A DNA stretch of 43,185 bases from Candidatus Aegiribacteria sp. (GCA_046498225.1 JAWOBF010000115.1:1-43185), one strand, 5' to 3'; shown: positions 19,535 to 29,276, numbered from the stretch's first letter. A program made the numbers and translations. Notes: generated from the sequence alone by a model not told the origin.

Positions 19535-20605
19535 GTGCACCTTGAGGACGGAAGGGTACCGGAGGAGTATAAGCGGTACACCGGCAGGAAGACCCTTGTC
19601 AATATAGCCGGCGGTGCGCTTCTGCTTCTCCTTCTGGTCGTGTCCATCTCCCTGGGGTCGGTCTCGATACCCCCCGGTCAGGTCCTGCGGGTCCTGTTCA
19701 CCGGAGGGGGTTCCAGACAGTGGCAGATGATAGTACTGCACATACGGCTTCCTCAGGCCCTGGCGGCGGTAGCCGCGGGGGCCGGCCTGTCCGCGGCCGG
19801 AGCCGCCATGCAGTCCATTCTGCGCAATCCGCTCGGTTCTCCCTTTACGCTGGGAATATCCAACGCCGCCGCTTTCGGGGCCGCTTTTTCAGTCATGGTG
19901 CTCAGCACCGGGTCGATGCAGAGCAGCGGCGCCGACGCCGTCTCCATAACCAACCCCTATACAACCACCCTGGCGGCGTTCGCATCCTGTCTCCTGGCCG
20001 CCGGTGTGATACTGGCCATAGCCAGGATAAGGAGGGCCTCGCCTGAAGTCATGATACTCACGGGGGTCGCCCTGGGCTCCCTGTTCACCGCGGGTACGAT
20101 GTTCCTTCAGTATTTCGCCGACGATGTCCAGCTTTCCGCCATGGTGTTCTGGACCTTCGGCGACCTGGGAAGGGCAAGCTGGCGGGAGCTTCTGATAATG
20201 TCCTCCGTGACGGTCGCCGCGTCCGTTTACTTTCTTCTCAGCAGCTGGAGCTACAACGCCATAGACGCCGGAGACGAAACCGCAGGGAGCCTGGGTGTCC
20301 CGGTTGAACGCAAGAGAATGCTGGGAATGCTGGCGGCTTCCCTGGTCACCGCCACCATCATCTCCTTCGTTGGCGTGATCGGTTTTGTCGGACTGGTGGG
20401 TCCTCATATCGTCAGAAGGCTTCTGGGGGACGACCACAGGTACCTGATCCCGGGCTCCATGCTTGCCGGGGCTATTCTTCTCCTCGCGGCGGATACTGTG
20501 GCCAGGACAATACTGGCGCCCCGGGTGCTTCCGGTCGCCATCCTCACTGCCTTCGTCGGAGCCCCGGTCTTCGTGGGCCTGCTGATAAGGGGTTACAGAA
20601 GATGA
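19535..20605 (+). CDS. FecCD/BtuC-family ABC permease
   Basis: IRLPQ, MQSILRNPLGSPFTLGIS, GDETAGSLGV, GVIGFVGLVGPH, GAPVF. Confidence 0.93.
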   Translation: MHLEDGRVPEEYKRYTGRKTLVNIAGGALLLLLLVVSISLGSVSIPPGQVLRVLFTGGGSRQWQMIVLHIRLPQALAAVAAGAGLSAAGAAMQSILRNPLGSPFTLGISNAAAFGAAFSVMVLSTGSMQSSGADAVSITNPYTTTLAAFASCLLAAGVILAIARIRRASPEVMILTGVALGSLFTAGTMFLQYFADDVQLSAMVFWTFGDLGRASWRELLIMSSVTVAASVYFLLSSWSYNAIDAGDETAGSLGVPVERKRMLGMLAASLVTATIISFVGVIGFVGLVGPHIVRRLLGDDHRYLIPGSMLAGAILLLAADTVARTILAPRVLPVAILTAFVGAPVFVGLLIRGYRR

Positions 20606-21390
20606 TCCTCAGTGTTGAAGGCCTTTCCTTCGAATACGGAGACCTGGAAGTGCTCAGGGACGTGTCCTTTCAGGTGCGCAGGCATGAGATCACAGCCGTC
20701 ATGGGCCCCAACGGCTCGGGGAAGACCACCCTGCTCCGCTGCATCAACAGGATACTCGCCCCGAAGACCGGATCGGTGAGCATACTCGGGCGGGAACTCC
20801 GGGAATACTCCCGCAGGGACGTAGCCAGGAACATCGCATACGTGGCCCAGCGGACCGAGCCGGGAAGGGTCACCGCATTCGACGCGGTGCTGCTGGGAAG
20901 AAAACCGCACATCGGCTGGAAGGTGGCCCAGAAAGACCTGGAACTGACCCAGGCCGCCCTTCACCGGCTGAACATGGAACATCTGTCCCTGCGCTACACC
21001 GACAGCATGAGCGGAGGCGAGTATCAGAAGGTATGCATAGCCAGGGCGCTTGTGCAGCAGCCCCGGGTGATGCTGCTGGACGAGCCCACCTCATTCCTCG
21101 ACCTGAAGAACCAGCTGGCCATTCTGCGGCTCCTGAGGACCATAGTAAGGGGTCACGACATGTGCGCGGTGGTTACCATGCACGATCTGAACACCGCCTT
21201 CCGCTACGCGGACAGGTTCCTCTTCCTCAGGGACGGGACCATCTTCGCCTCGGTGGACAGGTCGGGAATAACCGGGGAAATAATAGAGGATGTCTATGGA
21301 GTCCCCGTCAGCGTGGAATGGCATCAGGACCACCCCTTCGTGCTCCCTCTGGACGACAATACGGGGGATCAATCAGCGCAATTACCTTAG
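20602..21390 (+). CDS. FecE/BtuD-type ABC ATPase
   Basis: Walker A GPNGSGKT, signature MSGGE, LLDEPT, HDLN. ATGA overlap with the permease stop. Confidence 0.95.
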   Translation: MILSVEGLSFEYGDLEVLRDVSFQVRRHEITAVMGPNGSGKTTLLRCINRILAPKTGSVSILGRELREYSRRDVARNIAYVAQRTEPGRVTAFDAVLLGRKPHIGWKVAQKDLELTQAALHRLNMEHLSLRYTDSMSGGEYQKVCIARALVQQPRVMLLDEPTSFLDLKNQLAILRLLRTIVRGHDMCAVVTMHDLNTAFRYADRFLFLRDGTIFASVDRSGITGEIIEDVYGVPVSVEWHQDHPFVLPLDDNTGDQSAQLP

Positions 21391-21417
21391 TCGCCCGTTT
21401 TCTTCCGACACGAGGAA

Positions 21418-21449
21418 GGCCGGCCGTTCCAATGATAGAGCGGCCGGCC
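21418..21449. terminator. Hairpin between convergent ABC ATPase and pstS
   Basis: GGCCGGCCGTTC-N8-GAGCGGCCGGCC (one G-U pair). Confidence 0.5.
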
Positions 21450-21474
21450 CGGGAAGCCGGTTTGGGTGTAGTAT

Positions 21475-22272
21475 CTATCTGACTGGTATGTAGCCCTCGT
21501 CAACCACTATAGCCTGACCGCTCTCCCCCAGTATGAATTCCAGCCAGTCTCCAGCGGTGCCGTAGGGCTGGCCATTGGTGATCATGTTGAGGGGTCTTAC
21601 GATTGGATAATCTCCGGATAGAGCATTCTCAACCGTGGCTTCCACTCCGTTGACCGCGGGAGCGTTCACAGAGCTGTCAATATATCCGAAGGACAGGAAA
21701 CCTATTGAATACGGCGTAGTGCTCACAGTAGTACGGACAGCGCCGTTGGAGGGAAGCAGTATGGCGCTGAGGCCTATGAGGGAACCGTTCATGACCATCT
21801 CCTCGAAAGCGGCCCTTGTTCCCGAGCCCTCTTCCCGAGCAACCACCGTGATCATCTCACCGGGGCCGCCTAACTGGCTCCATCTTGTTATCTCGCCGGC
21901 GAATATGCCCCTGATCTCCTCCAGTGTGAGCTCACTCACCGGTACTTCGGGATGAGTGACGATGGCAATTCCGTCCCTTGCTATAGTATGGATCACAAGA
22001 CCGGGGTTCTCCGACATCTCGGATTCCTTGATCTCCCGGGAGGCTGCGCCGATATCCACGGTTCCGTCAGCCGCCGACCTGACTCCGACACTGCTGCCTC
22101 CGCCCTGGATAGTTATTTGCACCGAGGGGTCGATCTCCTCGTAGGCCTCCGCAAGTCTTTCCGCCAGCGGCTGAACAGTAGTGGACCCGGCCACATCAAT
22201 ATCCCCGGCGCTTGCGTCGGGAACGAGGTTGATGAACGCGGGGACCAGCAGCAGAAGGTAGAGCTTTTTCAT
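21475..22272 (-). CDS. pstS: Phosphate ABC transporter substrate-binding protein
   Basis: Signal peptide, AGSTTVQP, QGGGSSVG, DIGAASR, REEGSGTR, YPIVRPL. Confidence 0.9.
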   Translation of the reverse strand: MKKLYLLLLVPAFINLVPDASAGDIDVAGSTTVQPLAERLAEAYEEIDPSVQITIQGGGSSVGVRSAADGTVDIGAASREIKESEMSENPGLVIHTIARDGIAIVTHPEVPVSELTLEEIRGIFAGEITRWSQLGGPGEMITVVAREEGSGTRAAFEEMVMNGSLIGLSAILLPSNGAVRTTVSTTPYSIGFLSFGYIDSSVNAPAVNGVEATVENALSGDYPIVRPLNMITNGQPYGTAGDWLEFILGESGQAIVVDEGYIPVR

Positions 22273-22397
22273 TCAGATACACCTTTCCATTCTTTCTGGA
22301 CCTGTTCTCCGGCACAGGCGAAATCCCGGTCGAGAACTGTCCGTTCTTCGGTCATCCCTTCGCCCGGAAGATGTATATTCCGAGGCGAGAGTGGAGT

Positions 22398-22460
22398 ATT
22401 GTCATGAGCTTGCATTCAGTTGGTTAAGCTGGTATTGAGCCAGTGTTAATTGATGGCTAA
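22398..22460 (-). promoter_or_regulatory. Pho-box-like array (4 direct repeats, 11-bp period) plus -10 for pstS
   Basis: Minus strand TTAGCC-n5-TTAACA-n5-TCAATA-n5-TTAACC (22460-22422), then 18 nt to GACAAT. Confidence 0.65.
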
Positions 22461-22516
22461 CAATTTCGGATTGCACGCAATGACAGGAAGATGACCGAAA
22501 GCGATGGTGTTTTAGT

Positions 22517-24532
22517 ATGAAAGAGCAGACCAACCGCCTTTCCGAGGAGACCAGCCCCTACCTCCTTCAGCACGCGGACAACCCGGTGCACTGGCAGCCC
22601 TGGGACGAAGCGGCCTTCAGTACGGCGAGAGAGCTGGACAGGCCAATCTTCCTGTCCATCGGCTACTCCACCTGCCACTGGTGTCACGTGATGGAGGAGG
22701 AGAGTTTCCAGGACGCCGGCGTGGCCCGGCTGATGAACGCAGCCTTCGTATGCATCAAGGTGGACCGGGAGGAACGGCCCGACGTGGACAACGTCTACAT
22801 GAGGTACGCTGTTGCTATGACCGGAAGCGGCGGCTGGCCGCTTAACGTCGTCATTACCCCGGAGGGAAAGCCATTCTTCGCGGCCACCTACATTCCGCGG
22901 GAGTCATCCTACGGAAGAAGGGGCATGCTGGAGCTGGTGCCCGCTATCTCGAAAAGCTGGAAGAACAGGCGAGACCAGCTCCTGAATGCTGCGGGGAAGA
23001 TATCCGCTACGCTGTTCGGCAGCGGTGAGCGTCCTTCCGTAAAGGAAGACGGGAAAGATCCCGCATCCCTCTGCTTCACCCGGCTGAGCGATTCCTTCGA
23101 TCCTGTCTGGGGAGGATTCGGCGGCGCTCCAAAATTTCCCGCCCCTCACAATATTCTCTTCCTTCTCCGGTACTGGAAGGCCGGGGGTGACCGCAGGGCT
23201 CTTGAAATGGCCACCAGGACCATGGCGGGCATCAGGTACGGAGGCATCTGGGACCAGCTGGGAGGAGGGATACACAGGTATTCCACAGACCGGGAATGGC
23301 ACGTGCCCCATTTCGAGAAGATGCTCTACGATCAGGCTCTTCTCGCCATGGCCGGACTGGAGGCCTTTCAGGCCACAGGACTGGAATTCCATGCACGGGT
23401 CGCCGGTGAGACGCTGGATTTCGCAGTCAGGGAAATGCGGTCCCCCGGTGGGGCGTTCTACTCCGCCTGGGATGCCGACAGCCCCGGAGGAGAGGGGGCA
23501 TTCTACGCCTGGAGCCTGGAAGAACTGCGTGAACTGCTGGGAACAGAACGGACAGAGGAGCTGGCGGAGATCTGGGACCTGGACGACAGGGGGGACCTGG
23601 GAGGCATGGCCGGAAGCGCCACAGGGCTCAACGTGCCCAGGCTGGAGCTGCCGCCACCCGGAGAGGCCCTTCCATCCGCTCCGCCCTCGCCGGACGGGGA
23701 TATCCTGGAACTGCTGCTGGAGTGCCGCGGCAAAAGGCCGAAACCCTTTCTGGACACAAAGATCCTTGCCGACTGGAACGGCATGATGACGGCGGCTGCG
23801 GCAAGGGGCTCCTGGGTGCTCGGAAGGCCGGACCTTCTGAAAGCGGCCGAGGATGCCTTTTCCTTCGTAAGGGGTAACATGTTCGCGGGAAAGGGGGAGA
23901 TGGTCCACAGCTGGATATCCGGTTCTGCCGGGGAGCGGGGTTTCCTCGACGATCACGCTTTCATGATATGGGCGTGTCTTGAACTGTACTGCGCCACGCT
24001 GGAGAACGGGTACCTGGATTTCGCGCTTGATCTTCAATCTGCCCAGGACCGTCTTTTCCTCGATCCGGGAACCGGGGAATACCGGTTCTCTTCAGGCGGG
24101 GATGACGCCATATCACTCCCGGCGACGGTCGAATCCCGGGACGGGGCGGTACCATCCGGCACTTCCATCGCCCTGATGAATCTTTACCGGCTGTGGGGTA
24201 TCACCGGGGAAACCTCCCTCAGACGGAGGGCCGACTCGCTGGCCGGCGCCCTCGCCGGAAGTGTTTACGCCTCTCCATCGGCCCACACGATGCTGGCGGC
24301 CGGAATGCTCAGCGGACCATCTCATCCGCATGTCACCTTGAGTGGAGACCCTTCGACCGTGGAGTTCCGGGAGCTTCTGAAAGCCGCAAGAGCGGCATAC
24401 AACCCCGACATGACCATCTCGGCGGAGTCGGCGGAAGAAGAGGTAAAAGCCGTGATATGCGCCGATGGGAGTTGCGGACCGCCGGTTACGACCCCATCGG
24501 ACCTTATGAAGAACCTCGGGGGATATCCCTGA
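22517..24532 (+). CDS. Thioredoxin-domain protein, YyaL/SSP411 (DUF255 plus alpha/alpha-barrel)
   Basis: [66 protein letters not shown]. Confidence 0.93.
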   Translation: MKEQTNRLSEETSPYLLQHADNPVHWQPWDEAAFSTARELDRPIFLSIGYSTCHWCHVMEEESFQDAGVARLMNAAFVCIKVDREERPDVDNVYMRYAVAMTGSGGWPLNVVITPEGKPFFAATYIPRESSYGRRGMLELVPAISKSWKNRRDQLLNAAGKISATLFGSGERPSVKEDGKDPASLCFTRLSDSFDPVWGGFGGAPKFPAPHNILFLLRYWKAGGDRRALEMATRTMAGIRYGGIWDQLGGGIHRYSTDREWHVPHFEKMLYDQALLAMAGLEAFQATGLEFHARVAGETLDFAVREMRSPGGAFYSAWDADSPGGEGAFYAWSLEELRELLGTERTEELAEIWDLDDRGDLGGMAGSATGLNVPRLELPPPGEALPSAPPSPDGDILELLLECRGKRPKPFLDTKILADWNGMMTAAAARGSWVLGRPDLLKAAEDAFSFVRGNMFAGKGEMVHSWISGSAGERGFLDDHAFMIWACLELYCATLENGYLDFALDLQSAQDRLFLDPGTGEYRFSSGGDDAISLPATVESRDGAVPSGTSIALMNLYRLWGITGETSLRRRADSLAGALAGSVYASPSAHTMLAAGMLSGPSHPHVTLSGDPSTVEFRELLKAARAAYNPDMTISAESAEEEVKAVICADGSCGPPVTTPSDLMKNLGGYP

Positions 24533-24594
24533 TATCAGGCCCCTGTCATGGGAATTCCAGACCCCCGGTAAGGATGAAGCCGCGGGATTCAGCG

Positions 24595-24623
24595 TTGACC
24601 CATGGAGTGTGAACCGGTATTCT
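24595..24623 (+). promoter_or_regulatory. Sigma70-like promoter
   Basis: TTGACC-N17-TATTCT. It covers the ORF-track ATG at 24602. Confidence 0.5.
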
Positions 24624-24691
24624 ATTATTCCTACGTGCGTTTAACAAGATCTGATAATTCATATAACATACCGATTACGGAGGATGTTATC

Positions 24692-25783
24692 ATCAAGTTC
24701 ACAGTAATCGCATTTTCGCTCACCTGTATCATCGTGACGGGCTGCCGGCTCCAGGAGGACGAAACGGAGATGTTCAGCGGGGACGCGAGCCGTTCAGGTG
24801 TTTACGACCGCTCCGGCCCCGATAGCCTCAGCAGCCTCGAATGGAGGTTTCAGGCGGGAGACGGTATAAGCTCGACAGCCGCGGTATGGAACGGCTCGGT
24901 GTACTTCGGAAGCTGGGACGGCGCCTTTCATTCACTGGACGCGGCTACCGGGAACGCGAACTGGGAATACAGGACCGACGGCAAGATATCTTCATCACCC
25001 GCGGTTACCCATGGGATAGTTGTGTTCGGAAGCCTGGACGGGCTGGTCTACGCTCTGGACACGGAAACCGGTGAACCTGTCTGGAAACTGAGGACCGATG
25101 GCGAAGTGGTCTCCTCGCCGCTGATAGCGGGAGAAGAAGTCTTCGTCACCGGCTTCGACGGATACCTGAGGGCCATCGAAATGGAAACCGGCGACGAACT
25201 ATGGAGGTTCCGTACGGAAACCGAGCTGTTCTCCTCCCCGGCCCTTTTCGATGGAACCCTGTATTTCGGGGGTCTGGACGGAAAACTGTACGCCGTTGAT
25301 GTCTCCACGGCGCAGGAAACCTGGAGCTTCCAGGCTGAAGGAAGCATCTTCTCCACCCCCGCGGTGTCCGGAGGGAACGTGTATTTCGGTACCGCCGCCG
25401 GCACTATGCACGGGCTTGACGCGGCAACCGGCGAAGAGGTCTGGCTGCATCAAGTCGAGGGCGGTGTCATAGGCTCCCCTGCGGTAAGGGGGGAAACTCT
25501 GTTCGCGGGTACTCAGGATGGCCGGTTCTACTGTCTGGAAACCGCGGGCGACGGTGAAGTCTGGAGCGTCGAGCTGGAGGGGGAGATAATCTCCTCCCCC
25601 GCCCTTTCCGGCGAAGTCGTCTACATCACATCCACTGAAGGCGCTCTTCACGCCTACGATGCCGGGTCGGGCGAGCTCCTTTGGTCATACGTAACTGAAA
25701 ACTCTCTCAGCTCATCACCGGTGGTACACGGAGGGATGGTCCTCTTCGGAGGGCTGGACGGGAGCATGTTCGCTCTCATGTGA
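24692..25783 (+). CDS. PQQ-like/BamB-type 8-bladed beta-propeller lipoprotein
   Basis: Eight tandem repeats with a 40-aa period (W.F...g.i.SSPA..G.VYFG..DG.lYAlD..TG) and lipobox VTGC. Start uncertain: ATC 24692 after GGAGG, GTG 24635, or ATG 24602. Confidence 0.85.
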   Translation: MKFTVIAFSLTCIIVTGCRLQEDETEMFSGDASRSGVYDRSGPDSLSSLEWRFQAGDGISSTAAVWNGSVYFGSWDGAFHSLDAATGNANWEYRTDGKISSSPAVTHGIVVFGSLDGLVYALDTETGEPVWKLRTDGEVVSSPLIAGEEVFVTGFDGYLRAIEMETGDELWRFRTETELFSSPALFDGTLYFGGLDGKLYAVDVSTAQETWSFQAEGSIFSTPAVSGGNVYFGTAAGTMHGLDAATGEEVWLHQVEGGVIGSPAVRGETLFAGTQDGRFYCLETAGDGEVWSVELEGEIISSPALSGEVVYITSTEGALHAYDAGSGELLWSYVTENSLSSSPVVHGGMVLFGGLDGSMFALM

Positions 25784-25833
25784 TGCCGCGAAGATCATCT
25801 TCAATCCATTTTTCCAGCAGAAGTGAGTATCCA

Positions 25834-27159
25834 ATGTTCAGAATTCTCTTCATCACCGGATGTGTCCTGATGCTTATCACATCATGCGGTTCGCAGCCAA
25901 GACCCAACGTTCTGCTCATAGTTATTGACACGCTGAGAGCGGAAAACCTGTCCTGCTACGGCTACCAGAGGGAAACCTCGCCCTCCATCGACAGCCTGGC
26001 GGCCGAGGGAACCCTCTGGACCAGCTGTATAGCCCAGTCCAGCTGGACCCTTCCGGGGTTTACTTCCATACTCACCGGAACATCGGAGAGGACTCACGGG
26101 GCCGGGATCAACCGGGACATGACAGACAGGACCGACAGGTCGGAGGTCCGGCGATGGGAAAACATACTGCATCCCGACGCTCCCTACCTTCCCACCATGC
26201 TCCGCGACGCCGGCTACAGGACCTACGCGCACTTCAATACGGCATACGTTGACAGCAGCCACGGCTTCAGCAGGGGCTTCGATCACTACACCTGCGAGTT
26301 AACGGGGCCTGCAGATGCCGATGTCATCGTCCAGCATTTCATCAGCTGGGTGGACAGCACCGGTTCGGAAGAGCCCTTCTTCGCACTTCTCCACCTGTTC
26401 GATCCCCACCAGCCATACGATCCGCCTTCACCGTACGATACACTTTTCGGCCCTCTGGCGGAGGAGCACAGGACCTTCTGGGAAATAAGCAGGGACAGTA
26501 CGCAGAGGACCGTTCACGACACCGAGAACCGTCAGCATTACATCGACCTCTACGACGGCGAGATAGCCTTTGCCGACGCCGAGTTGGCGAATCTGTTCTC
26601 TTTCATCAGGTCCGGGGGTCTGGCGGAGAATACCCTTATCATCATAGTAGCGGACCACGGGGAGGAATTCCTGGAACACGGCGGTATCGACCACGGTCAC
26701 GCCTTCTTCCAGGAGATAGTGCACATTCCTCTCATCTTCAGCGGGCCGTCCATACCCGCAGGTGTCAGGGATACTTCCCGGGCGGGCCAGTTCGACATAG
26801 CTCCCACCCTTCTGGCCATGCTGGACATCGAGGTTCCGGATGTCATCGAGGGGAGCGACCTGTTCTCCCCGCCGACGGCTTCCAGGGTCATACCAAGCAG
26901 CGGCATACTCTATACGGAGGACTCATGGATCTGCGCAGTGGTCCGCGACGGCGTAAAGACCCTTCGAATGGACGCTGACACACAGTTCATAGATTTCTCC
27001 ACGGACCTGTCCGCCGACCCCGGAGAGCGGGAACTGCAAGAGGTGAATAACTGCGAAGACGCGGACAATTACATGCTCACTCCCAGAGCATGGGAACCGA
27101 TACCGGTTCAGATGGATGATACCCTGAACTCCGTCCTGAGAGACCTGGGGTACTTCTGA
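25834..27159 (+). CDS. Sulfatase/alkaline-phosphatase superfamily lipoprotein (WTLP type)
   Basis: Lipobox ITSC, PNVLLIVIDTLRA, SWTLPGFTSILTG, DPHQPY, YDGEI, ADHGEEF.EHG, LRDLGY. Start set to ATG 25834. Confidence 0.88.
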   Translation: MFRILFITGCVLMLITSCGSQPRPNVLLIVIDTLRAENLSCYGYQRETSPSIDSLAAEGTLWTSCIAQSSWTLPGFTSILTGTSERTHGAGINRDMTDRTDRSEVRRWENILHPDAPYLPTMLRDAGYRTYAHFNTAYVDSSHGFSRGFDHYTCELTGPADADVIVQHFISWVDSTGSEEPFFALLHLFDPHQPYDPPSPYDTLFGPLAEEHRTFWEISRDSTQRTVHDTENRQHYIDLYDGEIAFADAELANLFSFIRSGGLAENTLIIIVADHGEEFLEHGGIDHGHAFFQEIVHIPLIFSGPSIPAGVRDTSRAGQFDIAPTLLAMLDIEVPDVIEGSDLFSPPTASRVIPSSGILYTEDSWICAVVRDGVKTLRMDADTQFIDFSTDLSADPGERELQEVNNCEDADNYMLTPRAWEPIPVQMDDTLNSVLRDLGYF

Positions 27160-27270
27160 CCGCCTCAAGGCAATCTCATTTCGAAAGAGGCAGTGAAGCG
27201 AGAGCTTGACCCGGGGCTCCGTTCACAGTAATCCTAGTAGTGTAACTATGCGAAAGGAGATGATGCCAAG

Positions 27271-28782
27271 ATGTACATTATCATTCTGGTTCTTGCCGCG
27301 AGCGCTCCGGACACCCTCTGGGCAAACGTCACCAGTGGCGGCGTCTATTCCACCGTGGAGGTTGACGACCTGGACGGCGACGGAGTTCCGGACGTAGTGA
27401 GCGGAGTCAATTTCTGGGACGACCAGCCCACTCTTTGGTGTCTGTCGGGCGCCGACGGGGACACCATATGGACTTCGGACCAGTACAAGGGGATCTACCA
27501 GGACGAGGGGCTTACCGGAGTACCGGACATGGACGGTGACGGGTACGGCGACGTTCTCCTGGCGACCCCGGGCGGGTATGACCCCGCCGGAAGGTGCGTG
27601 ATACTGGTTTCCGGGGCCGACGGTTCGCTCATCTGGCAGTGGAGCGCATACGAGAACATCCCCTCCGGCGCCGGATGGGGATACAGCTGCGCCGTGATGG
27701 AAGACCAGACCGGGGACGGGCTGCCTGAATTCCTTGGGGGTTTCGGCTCCACCGGTTCGGCCAACACATCCGCTGCCGTATGTATGAACGGCGCCACCGG
27801 CGATACCATCTGGACAAGGACCACCGCCGACGCAGTGGAGGACGTGCACGCCGTACCCGACCTGAACGGGGATGACATTCAGGAAGCCGTTCTCGGTATT
27901 GGAGGGAGTTCCTACACCGATTACACGGTTGAACTGGTTAACGGCGCCGACGGCAGCCTCATCTGGAGCAGGATGGGCGGCGGCGATGTCATGTGCGTGG
28001 ATGTCATGGACCGCGGGGAGACCCTTCCGTGGGTCGTCAGCAGCTCCTTCAGCGGTCAGGTGAAGTGCTTCGACCTGGCTGGCACCCTTATCTGGGAGAG
28101 GACCATAGGCGGATACCTCCTGGACGTGGAAGCCGGCCCCGACATCAACGGTGACGGTATACCCGAAGTGGCACTGGCAGGGGACGACTCCGGCACCCTA
28201 TGTCTCGATGGAGAGACCGGGACCACGCTCTGGAGCTATCCGACCGGTTCCAATACCTGGAGCGTGGCCTGGGCCGATTCGGTCTACACAGGGGGCGTCT
28301 GGGTACCCTGCATAGCGGGGGGCAGCGTGAACGGCTATCGGATAACGGTCAACAACGCTGTCACCGGAGACCTGCTGTGGGACCAGGACTTCACCGAGAG
28401 GGTCTACAATGTCAGCTCCATTTCCATGGATGCCTTATCCCCCTCGCCGGTGATATTCGCCGGCCTTCAGGACCAGCAGCCCCAGCCATACCATGCCTGG
28501 GCCTTCCTCTCGTCCACAGAAACCTCCGTGGAGGAGGGACATGGGACCGAATACAGCGGAAGGATACTCGGCAGGAACCCCGTAACCGGAGTGATGCTCC
28601 TGCAGCCCCCCGAAGGGGAGTGGGACTGCGGCGTCTACGACCTGTCCGGCAGGCTGGTATGGACTGAAAGGCTCACAGGTGAAATCAGCGTTGACGTGTC
28701 GGACTGGAGTTCCGGCTGCTACCTGCTGGTTGTATCGGACGGGAATGTTGACATCAGGCGTTCGGTGACAGTGATGAACTGA
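27271..28782 (+). CDS. Secreted FG-GAP/PQQ-like beta-propeller protein with C-terminal T9SS/FlgD-like domain
   Basis: Repeated D(L/M/I)(D/N)GDG.P(D/E)V calcium-binding loops and G.DG..IW blades. Tail RNP...VYDLSGRLV...SGCYLL. Confidence 0.85.
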   Translation: MYIIILVLAASAPDTLWANVTSGGVYSTVEVDDLDGDGVPDVVSGVNFWDDQPTLWCLSGADGDTIWTSDQYKGIYQDEGLTGVPDMDGDGYGDVLLATPGGYDPAGRCVILVSGADGSLIWQWSAYENIPSGAGWGYSCAVMEDQTGDGLPEFLGGFGSTGSANTSAAVCMNGATGDTIWTRTTADAVEDVHAVPDLNGDDIQEAVLGIGGSSYTDYTVELVNGADGSLIWSRMGGGDVMCVDVMDRGETLPWVVSSSFSGQVKCFDLAGTLIWERTIGGYLLDVEAGPDINGDGIPEVALAGDDSGTLCLDGETGTTLWSYPTGSNTWSVAWADSVYTGGVWVPCIAGGSVNGYRITVNNAVTGDLLWDQDFTERVYNVSSISMDALSPSPVIFAGLQDQQPQPYHAWAFLSSTETSVEEGHGTEYSGRILGRNPVTGVMLLQPPEGEWDCGVYDLSGRLVWTERLTGEISVDVSDWSSGCYLLVVSDGNVDIRRSVTVMN

Positions 28783-28878
28783 AAGCCCCGCTAACGGTCC
28801 ACCCCTGAATCACCGCCCCTTGACGCTGAATGAAGTATACATATGTTTACTTCATGGAACAGCACGAAGGGGGCAGCG

Positions 28879-29244
28879 ATGATAACCGAATTCAAAGAGG
28901 TAGCAGGCAGCTGCGCGAAGGGCAGTTCATCCGTAAATAGCGGGACAGGAAGCTATTCGCAGCATGTATTCCAGACTCCGCTTGAATGGCTGGTAAATCT
29001 GAGGGATGTGGTCCTTCCCGAAATCCTCAGGGAAGCCTCCGGCCTTCGCGGAGAAACAGACCTGGAGCTTCTGCTGGACGGTTCGGGCTACTCCGTCTCC
29101 CTGGTGGCCGAAGAACTCATCTCGATGATAGATGAGTGCATCGAATCGAAAAGCTTCGACTCCCACAGCCTGGAGATGATAAGGCGGGCTTATAACGGTC
29201 TGTCCGGTTTTGACGGCCCGATGGTCAGCAGAAAAACCGGCTGA
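28879..29244 (+). CDS. Hypothetical protein (about 121 aa, helical)
   Basis: SD-like GAAGGGGG before ATG 28879 and a promoter TTGACG-N16-TATGTT at 28820-28847. No recognised motif. Confidence 0.55.
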   Translation: MITEFKEVAGSCAKGSSSVNSGTGSYSQHVFQTPLEWLVNLRDVVLPEILREASGLRGETDLELLLDGSGYSVSLVAEELISMIDECIESKSFDSHSLEMIRRAYNGLSGFDGPMVSRKTG

Positions 29245-29276
29245 AATAGCCGTACTGAAGCTGATGGGGCCGGGCA

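Noticed and set aside
18527..19741. 404-aa minus-strand ORF, and similar ones at 22904-24037, 34474-35541 and 36073-36852
   Set aside because: These overlap well-supported genes on the opposite strand and are typical high-GC shadow ORFs.
24520..24539. Short palindromes GGGATATCCC and CCTGATATCAGG at the yyaL stop
   Set aside because: They are short and loopless with no U-tract, and are plausibly chance.
24835..25780. 120-bp periodicity as a CRISPR array or DNA repeat element
   Set aside because: The repeats are degenerate at DNA level and explained by protein propeller blades. No identical repeats with spacers and no cas genes.
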